DNA of 64,000 bases from a virus. Lineage: Duplodnaviria; Heunggongvirae; Uroviricota; Caudoviricetes. The notes under the pieces were generated by a model. The model was given only the letters and a program-made list of their open reading frames with translations. It had not been told where the DNA came from and searched no databases. Where the stretch lies: the IMG/VR virus record IMGVR_UViG_3300029543_000199, one strand, 5' to 3'. The position numbers and the translations under genes were made by a program. Below are positions 1 to 9,614 of the stretch, piece by piece (position 1 is the first letter of the stretch; every line of letters starts with the position of its first letter).

Positions 1-1585
1 TGATTTTGATTTTGCCTCCAGACTCCTCATACAGGAGTTTCGTAAGTTCATCGACAAGCAGTGTCGTATGAATATACGGAAGCTGTAACGCCATCTTGTC
101 AGAATCAGAAAGAGAGTTGTACCCCCTGATTTCAGCAAGATATTTTTCTGCATCATACTCAGTAGAGAGAAGACGCATTCGTCCACTTCTGAATGCTTCA
201 CGGAGCATAAATGCACAGTCTGAGTTAAACTGAGCGCTTGCCTTGATAGACCAGATTGCTTTCTTTGCTCCTACGACAGTACATCTTGAAGCCATCTCAG
301 CATTATTGCAGCAAGACAATGCAGGATACAATTCTCCTGTATCTGGATTTACCATATCTCTAGCGAGAGCATCATAAACTCCAAGACCTAATCCGTTTGT
401 ATCCAGAACTATGTAGTCACATTTGTAATCCTCATATAGTTTGCGAATATACAGAGCTTGTTCATCTGTACGCATTCCCTCACATGCATCTGCATACACA
501 ATATTACTTGAGTATCGACCAGCCTTTGAAGGTTTCATCTGGTTAATGAAGATCGCTGTAGCATCGTTGTTATTTTTTCTACTTGACATAAGAGCTATAT
601 CCGCAGACAAAACTCTTACTTCTCCATTATTCCTTTCCTGAATTCGGATATTCTGAGAATTATTTAACTTTGATGCAATCTCGTCTGGAAGCATAGGATA
701 TTTGATGGTTCTGTTTTTGGAAATAGTAGGGAAGTCGAAGAATGCACCGTCTTCCGATCCATACCACAACGCATCCATCTCCATGCTCCATTTGATTTCA
801 CTAAAGTCACTTTCTGACATATCGTCTGCTACCTGCTCTGGGTCAAGCAAACCTTCCTCTATAGAAAGTTCATACGGGAATCCACACACGAATTGCCTTC
901 GATTCTCGTCCTTCATGATTTCAAATGTGTCCATGCATTTTGTATAAGACCAATGGTCTTTAAAATAAGCAGAAGATAAGTACATGGTTAGATTCTTTTC
1001 TTTTGCATATTCGATTTTCTTTTCTGCGTCAGTAAGTTCCTCGTATCTAGGCATACGTCTTAATGTAAGGAACTTCTTCAGGACAGTATCGATAGTGTCT
1101 TTTGAAATCAGTCTGTACTCATCCAGAAGTAAAACATTACATCGGTTACCTCTGGCATTGTCTGATGCCGTTACGACCTTGATTACGCTTGTGTTAAAGA
1201 ATACAATCTGAGCATTGGTTCCGTTGATTTTTGACTGCTTATCATCAATCTCCGCACGCAACTCATATGATTGTGGCTTTAGTTCGAGCATTATCTTTTC
1301 AAGCACGTTTATAGCCTGACCCCTGGTTCCGGAGGCAATACATATTTTTGTTCCCGGATACAGGATACACCTAACTACGCAATAGATAGCACTTAGGTAT
1401 GTCTTTCCCAGACCACGACATGCTATCAGAACAAATGTCGTGCTCCAAAACATCATTGTCAGCAAGATTCTTTGGAATAATTTCAACTGAATATGGAGAT
1501 AGTCTTCGGCAAATTTGTCTGGATTGGCACGATAAAAGGCGCCCCATATAGCAGCGCCTTCCATAACAGATTCATATCTGTCCAT
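1..1585 (-). CDS. terL: Terminase large subunit, truncated by the window edge (C-terminal part lies left of position 1)
   Basis: Manual translation of the minus strand from ATG at 1585..1583 gives MDRYESVMEGAAIWGAFYRANPDKF.... Walker A-like LIACRGLGKTY, Walker B VLLLDEY, and a nuclease-like C-terminal segment IVLDTNGLGLGVYD. The start overlaps the stop of the upstream gene (TAATG). Not in the ORF track because the ORF runs off the window. Confidence 0.75.
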   Translation of the reverse strand, partial: MDRYESVMEGAAIWGAFYRANPDKFAEDYLHIQLKLFQRILLTMMFWSTTFVLIACRGLGKTYLSAIYCVVRCILYPGTKICIASGTRGQAINVLEKIMLELKPQSYELRAEIDDKQSKINGTNAQIVFFNTSVIKVVTASDNARGNRCNVLLLDEYRLISKDTIDTVLKKFLTLRRMPRYEELTDAEKKIEYAKEKNLTMYLSSAYFKDHWSYTKCMDTFEIMKDENRRQFVCGFPYELSIEEGLLDPEQVADDMSESDFSEIKWSMEMDALWYGSEDGAFFDFPTISKNRTIKYPMLPDEIASKLNNSQNIRIQERNNGEVRVLSADIALMSSRKNNNDATAIFINQMKPSKAGRYSSNIVYADACEGMRTDEQALYIRKLYEDYKCDYIVLDTNGLGLGVYDALARDMVNPDTGELYPALSCCNNAEMASRCTVVGAKKAIWSIKASAQFNSDCAFMLREAFRSGRMRLLSTEYDAEKYLAEIRGYNSLSDSDKMALQLPYIHTTLLVDELTKLLYEESGGKIKI

Positions 1586-2619
1586 TATTCATCACCATCC
1601 TGACTTTCCGAGTATGCATCAACTAACAATGTTTCATCATCCTCGTCTTCATATTCAGGTTTCTCTACACGCAGTCTGTTGATTTCTTCTTCATACATTC
1701 TGGTATATCCGTTCTTTACTCCAAGCATCTTGCATACATGTCCAAACCATGTAAATACATACTTCTTGATATGATTTACGTCCTGTAGAGATTTATCAAT
1801 CTCAGGAAGAGGACGCTTGTTTTCATATCTGAATAACCATACTCCCATAGGTGTATTTGCTATAGAAGAATCCATTTCATCTGACTTCTTCTGAGCAGGC
1901 TTGAGATTCAAACTACCAATAAGAGTATTTAATGAGTTTACGCTCTTATCAATAGACTTGCCAGCAGCGGCATCTTTTGAAATGCTAACTTCAAGATTGC
2001 AGAGCTGTCTCATCAAAACATCACTACCGATATCATTTCCTCCAGAATCTGAAAACGCATCTGGAAATTTTGAAGCATAGTATTTACGACGCTGCTCCAA
2101 CTGGTCGTACATTTCTGGAGAATAACCAGATCCCCAAAAATCTATAACATTCTGTGGGACTTCAATGTTTTCGTCTTTGTCGTCATTTGATTCAATATGA
2201 TCTTCCTGCTCATCACTCAGTGATTCATCATCCACATGTTGAGCATCAAAAGACCACAATGTACCCTCGTCGAGTAATGTATCGTCGTAACTTTTCCCTG
2301 CGCATGATACGCTATTGATACGCACGATGTATTGTGTCATGATAGAACGCACAGAGCTTTTCTTTGCAACACTATCAAAAATATTTTCGTTCCAGTATAG
2401 ATCCAGCTTTCTGCAAGTCTGTCTTACGGCAATCTTTGAATCCTTACATTGAGCAAGATACTGGCTGTATATTTTGTCCACGCACGATCTGCAGTATGGT
2501 ATGTACCCTAAACCTTTGTATAGTTCACCATAACTTACTGGAAAATGACCTTTTCTTTTCGGATATCCGGTTCCGCATGTCGGACAAATTACTTTATCTG
2601 TATTCATCTCTAAAGCCAT
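1585..2619 (-). CDS. Hypothetical acidic protein with an N-terminal Cys4 zinc ribbon. Its position directly upstream of terL suggests a terminase small subunit.
   Basis: 344-aa ORF; CPTCGTG...CRSC; acidic C-terminus; translationally coupled to terL. Confidence 0.4.
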   Translation of the reverse strand: MALEMNTDKVICPTCGTGYPKRKGHFPVSYGELYKGLGYIPYCRSCVDKIYSQYLAQCKDSKIAVRQTCRKLDLYWNENIFDSVAKKSSVRSIMTQYIVRINSVSCAGKSYDDTLLDEGTLWSFDAQHVDDESLSDEQEDHIESNDDKDENIEVPQNVIDFWGSGYSPEMYDQLEQRRKYYASKFPDAFSDSGGNDIGSDVLMRQLCNLEVSISKDAAAGKSIDKSVNSLNTLIGSLNLKPAQKKSDEMDSSIANTPMGVWLFRYENKRPLPEIDKSLQDVNHIKKYVFTWFGHVCKMLGVKNGYTRMYEEEINRLRVEKPEYEDEDDETLLVDAYSESQDGDE

Positions 2620-3077
2620 TATTCATCACCTTCCTCTTCATCAGATTCGGCTGACTCATAATTTGCGAGCCGTTCTTCAAGAGATAACTCATACATCTTC
2701 GCACACATTTTTAAATCTTTTCCAGATTCAAATTTAGGTACATACCTACCAGATACCTCAACCTCTTCGTGTGTCACTGGATGTTTATTTACTCTTGGCT
2801 TTCTGTAATTAAGTGAGAGAGTACCGAATCCTCTGATTGATACAGACTCACCTCTCTTCAAACTATCACCGATTACCGCAAGGCATGTATCCATTACAGC
2901 CTCGACATCATCGTATGTAAACAGAACACCTTTATCTGTTTTCTTGACGACGAAATCTTTTGAATTTCCTTCATCGTCTGATATATGGAAGACCTGTTTT
3001 TGAGATGATACAGGTTTCCGAATATCATTTTCTCGCATTACATTCGCAATACGACGGACTAATTCCTTTCTATTCAT
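2619..3077 (-). CDS. HU/IHF-family DNA-binding protein with an acidic tail
   Basis: SIRGFGTLSL...PRVNKHPVTHEEVEVSGRYVPKFESGKDLK matches the HU beta-arm and GFG signature. Confidence 0.7.
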   Translation of the reverse strand: MNRKELVRRIANVMRENDIRKPVSSQKQVFHISDDEGNSKDFVVKKTDKGVLFTYDDVEAVMDTCLAVIGDSLKRGESVSIRGFGTLSLNYRKPRVNKHPVTHEEVEVSGRYVPKFESGKDLKMCAKMYELSLEERLANYESAESDEEEGDE

Positions 3078-3102
3078 ATCCGTAATCTCCTTTACATCTA
3101 AT

Positions 3103-4125
3103 TTATAAGTCTTCCAGACCTTTCTTTTCTGGAACTACAATGTCTCCGTCTTTGAAATACATTCCAATCTGTTCGTCAGCGTCAATGTCTTTGTAAATTT
3201 GAACCATATCGGATGATTCCCATGCGACAATACTCTGAATAACACCATCAGGAATTCCTGCTTTCGCCAGGCTGGTTGTGAAGTAGTGTCTTAAACTATG
3301 AATGTATGCTGGCTTACCAGACAGTCTGGAGAATGTATTCGACCAGCTATTGATTGTTGATATCTGAATGTGTTCACTTGGATTCTTTGCATCAGGGAAA
3401 AGCCATTCGCTATCTCCGTATTTGTTTAGTCTGTGATTTCTCCACATATCCAAATATGGGTTGAACTTTTTGGCGAGAGTGTAGCAGTTAATCATTTTCC
3501 CGCCGCCCTTACCTTTTGTTTTGATTGGATCGCTTTTATACAAAGCGCCACCGCAAACGAGTTTATCCTCATCGAAATCAGAGATTTTAAATCTGCACAG
3601 TTCGGATTTTCGTCTTCCGCTATACATTGCAAGGGCAAGATAACAGGCTTTCTCATAGTCCTTACGATCTACAAGCTTTGCAAGTAAAGCATCCAATTCT
3701 TCATCCTCCCATACAGTCTTTTCTCTGACTGGTTTGTTTGCAGGATTCTCCACTTTGTTAATGATATTTCTGAAATTTGGAAACTCGTCATCCAAAATAT
3801 TCTCAACGAAGTTACTCATCGATGAGAGAGAAGCTTTAAGTCTTCTGACACGAGCTGGACTATTTTCATTTGAATTTAATAGCCAGTTCTGATATGCTAC
3901 GATATTTCGTTTTGTCCAGTTTACGAAGAACGCATTGTTGTTATGTTGTAAACACCATACAAATGCAATTTGAATATCGTTTTCATATCCTGCGATTGTC
4001 GTTTCGCTTCTTTGCACCGAACGAAGATAATCTTTAAAATCTTCAAGTAGCTGAGTATTTTCTGGATTCACTTGCGCCAGAAGCTCTGGGCTTGTGATTG
4101 AATTCATTTTTGTCTTACGTCCCAT
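3103..4125 (-). CDS. int: Tyrosine recombinase / phage integrase
   Basis: HSLRHYFTTSLAKAG (HxLRH box) and VAWESSDMVQIYKDID (catalytic Tyr region). Confidence 0.8.
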   Translation of the reverse strand: MGRKTKMNSITSPELLAQVNPENTQLLEDFKDYLRSVQRSETTIAGYENDIQIAFVWCLQHNNNAFFVNWTKRNIVAYQNWLLNSNENSPARVRRLKASLSSMSNFVENILDDEFPNFRNIINKVENPANKPVREKTVWEDEELDALLAKLVDRKDYEKACYLALAMYSGRRKSELCRFKISDFDEDKLVCGGALYKSDPIKTKGKGGGKMINCYTLAKKFNPYLDMWRNHRLNKYGDSEWLFPDAKNPSEHIQISTINSWSNTFSRLSGKPAYIHSLRHYFTTSLAKAGIPDGVIQSIVAWESSDMVQIYKDIDADEQIGMYFKDGDIVVPEKKGLEDL

Positions 4126-4157
4126 TGCGCAAGCACCTCCTTTTTAATATAGTTGAG

Positions 4158-4240
4158 TGGGAAGTGATGGAGTCGAACCATCCGAGCCAATAGGCAACTG
4201 TTTTACAGACAGCACTGCTACCTCTACAGGATAACTTCCC
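4158..4240 (-). tRNA. tRNA-Tyr (anticodon GTA), class II with a long variable arm
   Basis: Reverse complement reads GGGAAGT..CTG/CAG D-stem..GCTGT-CTGTAAA-ACAGT anticodon arm..GCC-TATT-GGC variable arm..GATGG-TTCGACT-CCATC T-arm..ACTTCCC-A. Acceptor stem fully paired. Confidence 0.65.
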
Positions 4241-4281
4241 AAATAAATACCGGAGCATATCTCAGCTCCGGTGTGTTAAAG

Positions 4282-5487
4282 CTATGTAGTTTTCAAATCA
4301 ATATCGTAATGACACACGATACCTGTATTATCACATACGCAAACCATCTGTTCTGGCTTGCCGAATATTCGTTTTTGGATGCAAAAGTCATCAATGCCTA
4401 AGAAGCTTCCAGCCATAACTGTCTTGACACCTTGTACTTCATCGCACATATTGTGGTGCTTATGACCAGACAATACAGCATATATTGGTTTCTGTGCCAT
4501 TGCTTGTAATGCTGCAATTTTTGTTGGACTGCCGTCAAAATCACCATGCACCCCGACATAATTTTTACCACGAATATTTGTAATAAACATTGTTGCGTCA
4601 ATACGGTCATATGTATTGATAGTAATGTTCTCAAAATCTTGGAGACGAGCCTCAAGATACCATTCAATTAAATCATCCATACGCTCATCGTATGGTGAGT
4701 TCTCTTTTGAATCCAATCTACTGTGGTTGCCAGGAACACTGATGTATGTAACAGTATTAAAATGAGAACTAAGTTCTGCAAGAAGCTCAGCAATCAATTC
4801 TGATACACCCTTAACCTGATCGATTACATTTTCTTTATTTGCAATCTGAATGGTTAAATGGATTCTTCCGGATATGCTGTCTCCACAGTTATATACAATG
4901 CAGTTATCACTGTGATGTAATTCTGCAATCGCAATAATTTTATTCAGATAAATACGCATCATTTTTCTGCATACATCCGGATTATATGTATTCCATGCAT
5001 TATTTACATCGATGCCATAGTGAATGTCGTTCAGACTCACGAGCAGATCATTAGATGATGGTTCTATATAAGCTGGTTTATATTCAAGCCTCGGCAAATC
5101 ACCGCTTTTGATGGCATCAATCAGAATTTCATTCAGTTCTTCCTGACGAGACCGTTCTCTGACAACTTTATTGAATGCATTTCTTTGGTCAAAGAATTTC
5201 TGCCTTTCCTTTTTTAATTCGATGATTTTCTCATCTATATCAGACAGTACAGATGAATCTTCGACAGCAGCAATCTGCTGAGAGTCCAGCAACTCAAGCG
5301 TCTTTCTGCTTCCGTACATCATTCGACGAGCTACATCACTGGAATACGGTTGACCATAAAGCTTCTCGGAAAGCTCTACATAATCTGCATCAGCAAGAGT
5401 ACGATCAACTAATTTACCATAAATAAGCCTCTTGTGATAATCAACAAGAGACTCCTGTGGCTGTCGTTCTATATTCATATTTTGCAC
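4282..5487 (-). CDS. Calcineurin-like metallophosphoesterase (SbcD/Mre11-like)
   Basis: Motifs CGDSISGRIH, PGNHSRLD, VGVHGDFDG, LSGHKHH. Confidence 0.65.
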   Translation of the reverse strand: MQNMNIERQPQESLVDYHKRLIYGKLVDRTLADADYVELSEKLYGQPYSSDVARRMMYGSRKTLELLDSQQIAAVEDSSVLSDIDEKIIELKKERQKFFDQRNAFNKVVRERSRQEELNEILIDAIKSGDLPRLEYKPAYIEPSSNDLLVSLNDIHYGIDVNNAWNTYNPDVCRKMMRIYLNKIIAIAELHHSDNCIVYNCGDSISGRIHLTIQIANKENVIDQVKGVSELIAELLAELSSHFNTVTYISVPGNHSRLDSKENSPYDERMDDLIEWYLEARLQDFENITINTYDRIDATMFITNIRGKNYVGVHGDFDGSPTKIAALQAMAQKPIYAVLSGHKHHNMCDEVQGVKTVMAGSFLGIDDFCIQKRIFGKPEQMVCVCDNTGIVCHYDIDLKTT

Positions 5488-5667
5488 CTACCCTTCGACG
5501 CACATGGAACGATCAATTCTGTATGCATTCAGAAATTCAATAATCTTTTCAGACTCTTCACAGAAGTAGTGGTGTCTTTCAGATTTTCGTTTCATTGTTC
5601 TACGGATATGCGCATCTGGGAAGCTCTTTAAAATAGCCTCCTTTTCATTCTTAGTAACTCTAACCAT
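5488..5667 (-). CDS. Small hypothetical protein (59 aa), below the ORF-track cut-off
   Basis: ATG at 5667..5665 preceded by GGAGAATCAAT; translation MVRVTKNEKEAILKSFPDAHIRRTMKRKSERHHYFCEESEKIIEFLNAYRIDRSMCVEG. Abuts the start of the downstream gene. Confidence 0.3.
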   Translation of the reverse strand: MVRVTKNEKEAILKSFPDAHIRRTMKRKSERHHYFCEESEKIIEFLNAYRIDRSMCVEG

Positions 5668-5813
5668 ATTGATTCTCCTTTAACCTCTTGTATTTATAAG
5701 AACTTCGCGTTCATATATTCCCTTCATACAAGCACCTCATCAAATCCCCATAATTAACTGAGTATCAATAGGTTAGAGTGTATAGCAAATTTATATCGTG
5801 CTAAAAATATAAT

Positions 5814-6602
5814 TTACAAGTCCGAATTTTTTCTACGCATGACGTAGTTTACCCGCTGTTGAACGGCTATTTCTGTGGCACACGCTTTGCAGAATTTTTG
5901 CTTTCTTCCCTTTTCCGGGTCTGTATACTTGACAGTTATGCCACAGTTCTCGCATTCAAAGTATGGATTATGTCTATGCTTTCTATATTTATACTTCATA
6001 TATTGGTATCCAAGATTCCTGAAGTCAGATACAGTAAGTGCAACATCTGACTGATCCTCACTAACGAAGCATACCCGAACATTCGTATTATCAATGCGCT
6101 TTGAGAATCTGATCAGACCGGATTCTTTCAATGTCCCATATAATAAACACTGTCGTTTAATAGATGTGTTTATATTCGCAAGAGCCATAATTTCATTATC
6201 TTTATTATTTACCCAGTAATCTGTTTCTGGAGAAACCATATACCAATACTTTGCAAGACACAACAGCGTGAAAGCTAATCGTTCAATCTGGACTCCATTC
6301 ATAGATTCAATGATATCTAATTCAGAAGTCGTAATTGGTATCTGGTCAATATCTACCGCCTCATATTTCAAAGCTGATGTAGCTGCGTATTCAAGCGCAG
6401 CATCCCATTTCGGAAGAGAAGCTACCGGGTCGCATTGTAATAGGAAGATATCCAGTTTCTGACGAAGTTCTTTTTTCTTTGTATACCCATTATCTATGTA
6501 ATACCGTGCAACTCTACGTAAAGTTTCTGATGGTTTCTTTCCTAATGATTTGGACTGAATCATTTTTTCAGCCCAATCATTTTCTTTTAATACAATACTC
6601 AT
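5814..6602 (-). CDS. Hypothetical protein with a C-terminal CxxC...CxxC zinc ribbon
   Basis: 262-aa ORF, CENCG...CKAC; overlaps the upstream gene stop by 4 nt. Confidence 0.5.
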   Translation of the reverse strand: MSIVLKENDWAEKMIQSKSLGKKPSETLRRVARYYIDNGYTKKKELRQKLDIFLLQCDPVASLPKWDAALEYAATSALKYEAVDIDQIPITTSELDIIESMNGVQIERLAFTLLCLAKYWYMVSPETDYWVNNKDNEIMALANINTSIKRQCLLYGTLKESGLIRFSKRIDNTNVRVCFVSEDQSDVALTVSDFRNLGYQYMKYKYRKHRHNPYFECENCGITVKYTDPEKGRKQKFCKACATEIAVQQRVNYVMRRKNSDL

Positions 6603-9346
6603 TCGTTCACCTCTAATTTCTTTGATACAATTTTAAATTTCTCACCGCAATAATTGATATCCCCGTCAGAAGCAATAGTAGGGAAGCTTATCATATTATT
6701 GTGATTTAATAAAAGATTATGTATGATTTCTGAACCGCACATGTTCCAGGCAAATCGTTTTGATGAACTTTTCTGATAGCACAAATCCAATACGATGTTG
6801 CACAGTGCCGATTCATTCTGACATATGATGTCACATGATTTTCTGAATTCTGCATTCATCTCGGACAATTCGGTGAATGCGTCGTACTTGTCAACCTTTT
6901 CATTCTGAGCAAAGATGGTGTAGCTTTGCATTCTCTTGTTATAGTCTTCGTATAATTTTTTGATTGCTTTAAACTGTGTTGTCGTATATTCTGCAGAATC
7001 ATTTTTCATAATGGTGTAGTCGAACTTTATTTTGGAATTGTGCTTGCTGATATACCCATCGAACTCTTGCTCGAATCTGCGGCATATCTTATTCATAACG
7101 CAGTCACCAGTTCCGACCGGCATCCGGTAATCGTAGTATTTTAAAAAATCGGATTGTCTATCAGTTCGATCACTTTCTGGAATTGCTCTCAGCTCATCCA
7201 CTGTAAGCTGAAACTCTCGCAGGCAATTACGATTTGTATTTTTTATGTATTGGTTGTATTGCTTCATGAGAGCTGGGTAGATGTATCTCATGAAGTATGG
7301 CTTCTTGTCTGCAACAATGCTTCTGTAAAATTCTCTGAGTTCATCATCCTCGATTTTATTAGCTGCGTGTCTGTCGTGCCATGTACGTGGCATCGGTTTA
7401 CATATAATGCCCTTAGCCTTGTCTATAGCATTCTGCTGATAAAGCTGACCGCATCGGATACGATAGGAGAGAGCTTCGTATTCCACACTTCCTTTTGGAT
7501 AATGTGAACGGACTTCAAACATCGAAGTGATGTAGTTGGTTGTCTGACCGATATCATTACCGAAACTTTCTATATTAGACCGGATGAAATCATCTTCGGT
7601 TGGTATTATCTTTGCAGCCTTTCTTTGCGCACACATCAATGCCGGGAGAACTTCCAATTTCTCAACCAGAATTCTGTTATCGCTCAACATCACAAGGTCG
7701 CCGTCAAAATCCATACCATTCAGAGCTGCGGCAGCAGTATCCCACGCATTAAATATTGTGCAAGTCGTCATGTACTGATACCAGTAATCAGCCTCATGGC
7801 TATGCACCGGATGAACCAGTCTGATATTATTATGACATGTCATTGGAGCACGAAAGCAAGCAAGCTTCTCAGATCTGTAGTCTCTCCAGTATTTGTTGTA
7901 TATTTCTCCAGCCTTTAAAAGACCAGTCACTTCTAAACCAAACATGCTCTGACACAGTGCATATGGGTCGCCGGATACAATAGAGTAATTACCATGAACC
8001 TTGAGAACACCAACTTTTGCCTCGTCGATGCGATTCTTGATTAACTGATATACCGCATTTTGAATAAACGGGTCGTCAATCATACGGTTATCAATCATGA
8101 TTGCCTTTACGAAATCATCGTCTAATCTTTCGATATTGGATTCATTCATTCCAATTCCTTTTAAGAAAAGAACAGTTTTGCGCCAGTCTCCATGCAGAAC
8201 ATCTTTAATTTCGTTCATTGTCGGAGCAATCAGTTCTTCAATCTCATCATCAGACAGGTCATAACTCTGGATGAACTGATAATTCAATGAATGTTCACTC
8301 TCTAGTTCCTTTGGACATGTCTTAGCGATTCCAAATGTATACCCGTTTGAGAGTGAATTCTTTACATAATCTTCGCAACTATCATAACTGTCCCAAAGCT
8401 TTACCATTGATGTAGTTAATATCAGCTCTACATCACGAATATCGAAATCGTTTCCCCACGCATCCTTGATAATGTATTTGCCGTCAGCCACCTTATCCGC
8501 AAAATCCACATAGTCAAAAGTGAAAGCCATTCCTTTCTCAAAAGAGAATCTAGTATTCGCTCCGCTTATGGTATAGTCAAGTCCAAGCTCATTGCTCCAG
8601 CGTTCTGCGAGGGACGGTAGCATCATACCAAAACCGTCTGACGCATCGAGGTCAACTTTTTGCTTCTCTTTTAACTCCATGATTGGCTCTCCGTCGCACT
8701 CATCAGTTAAATGAACGATATCTGATAGGAAAGAGGTTTCACAGTCATTCACAACCGCAATTCCTTTTGGGAATGAAACAGGAGTAGAAGCACTGCATGT
8801 CAGAGCTTGATAAGCTTCGAGTTTTGCAGTAACCAATCTCTTCTCTTGGTTGCGCCCATTTGTAATTCTGCGATGTAGTTCATCGGAGACTTCTTCGCTC
8901 ACGAATACAATAGTGCTGTTTTTAATTCCACCATTAGTTCCAAGCAGTCGTCTGTATTTCACACCATTGATCTGGAATCCTTTACACGCACGGTAGTAGT
9001 CTTTTTCCTTATCGATAATTAGAGTGATGTAATCTGGTTTATACTGCAGGTGATCCAAATCCTCATACAGTTTCTTTATTGCATGTCTGTTCTTTACATT
9101 ATTTGGTGCGGAGCGAAGACTCTTGATTTCTTCCTTAATCTTTTTGGCTTCTGCGTCCGCATCTGTAATATCATTTAAGAAGTCAATCCAACGCAGTGTC
9201 TGACTATCAGCGAGAGATATCACTTCTTCATTACGTCTAGCTTCTTCGATTGGTAATGTCAGCCGCCAACGATGTTTCCGTAGGCGGCTACTATGTAGTT
9301 TGTAAATAAATTTTTGACAAGTAAGTTGCTTGCTAATTTTCAACAC
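6599..9346 (-). CDS. Candidate YonO-like single-subunit RNA polymerase (beta-prime-type double-psi beta-barrel)
   Basis: 915 aa. FRAPMTCHNNIRLVHPV resembles the beta-prime RxPxLHxxxIxxxxP segment and lies ~35 residues before NGMDFDGDLVML, which resembles NADFDGDQMAV. The spacing matches multisubunit RNAP beta-prime. Confidence 0.55.
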   Translation of the reverse strand: MLKISKQLTCQKFIYKLHSSRLRKHRWRLTLPIEEARRNEEVISLADSQTLRWIDFLNDITDADAEAKKIKEEIKSLRSAPNNVKNRHAIKKLYEDLDHLQYKPDYITLIIDKEKDYYRACKGFQINGVKYRRLLGTNGGIKNSTIVFVSEEVSDELHRRITNGRNQEKRLVTAKLEAYQALTCSASTPVSFPKGIAVVNDCETSFLSDIVHLTDECDGEPIMELKEKQKVDLDASDGFGMMLPSLAERWSNELGLDYTISGANTRFSFEKGMAFTFDYVDFADKVADGKYIIKDAWGNDFDIRDVELILTTSMVKLWDSYDSCEDYVKNSLSNGYTFGIAKTCPKELESEHSLNYQFIQSYDLSDDEIEELIAPTMNEIKDVLHGDWRKTVLFLKGIGMNESNIERLDDDFVKAIMIDNRMIDDPFIQNAVYQLIKNRIDEAKVGVLKVHGNYSIVSGDPYALCQSMFGLEVTGLLKAGEIYNKYWRDYRSEKLACFRAPMTCHNNIRLVHPVHSHEADYWYQYMTTCTIFNAWDTAAAALNGMDFDGDLVMLSDNRILVEKLEVLPALMCAQRKAAKIIPTEDDFIRSNIESFGNDIGQTTNYITSMFEVRSHYPKGSVEYEALSYRIRCGQLYQQNAIDKAKGIICKPMPRTWHDRHAANKIEDDELREFYRSIVADKKPYFMRYIYPALMKQYNQYIKNTNRNCLREFQLTVDELRAIPESDRTDRQSDFLKYYDYRMPVGTGDCVMNKICRRFEQEFDGYISKHNSKIKFDYTIMKNDSAEYTTTQFKAIKKLYEDYNKRMQSYTIFAQNEKVDKYDAFTELSEMNAEFRKSCDIICQNESALCNIVLDLCYQKSSSKRFAWNMCGSEIIHNLLLNHNNMISFPTIASDGDINYCGEKFKIVSKKLEVNE

Positions 9347-9386
9347 CTCATTTCAGTAAATTATAATATTAGCATGATATGCTATT

Positions 9387-9614
9387 TTAATGAGCAAATT
9401 CATTGATATAGCTACGCCACGCATCTTCGTACTCAGAGCGACCGTCCTCAATCATTCTCTCTACCATACGATCTGTTGGGTAGTCGTCATCTACAGGATA
9501 AAAATCCTCGCAAGGTATTGTTTCTTTGCAGTTATCTCTATATACACAGTTATTACATTTACGCTTCATTGATTGTATTTCCTCCTTTTGATGCTGTTTC
9601 AATCCAGTTTTCAA
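9387..9614 (-). CDS. Small Cys-rich hypothetical protein
   Basis: 75-aa ORF, CNNCVYRDNC...C. Confidence 0.4.
   Translation of the reverse strand: MKTGLKQHQKEEIQSMKRKCNNCVYRDNCKETIPCEDFYPVDDDYPTDRMVERMIEDGRSEYEDAWRSYINEFAH

Noticed and set aside
441-1211. Three plus-strand ORFs (66-81 aa) at the left end
   Set aside because: They lie antisense inside the terminase large-subunit gene, which gives a continuous, motif-bearing translation on the minus strand.
7154-7918. Plus-strand ORFs of 64-117 aa
   Set aside because: Antisense to the 915-aa RNAP-like gene. No RBS; hydrophobic low-complexity translations.
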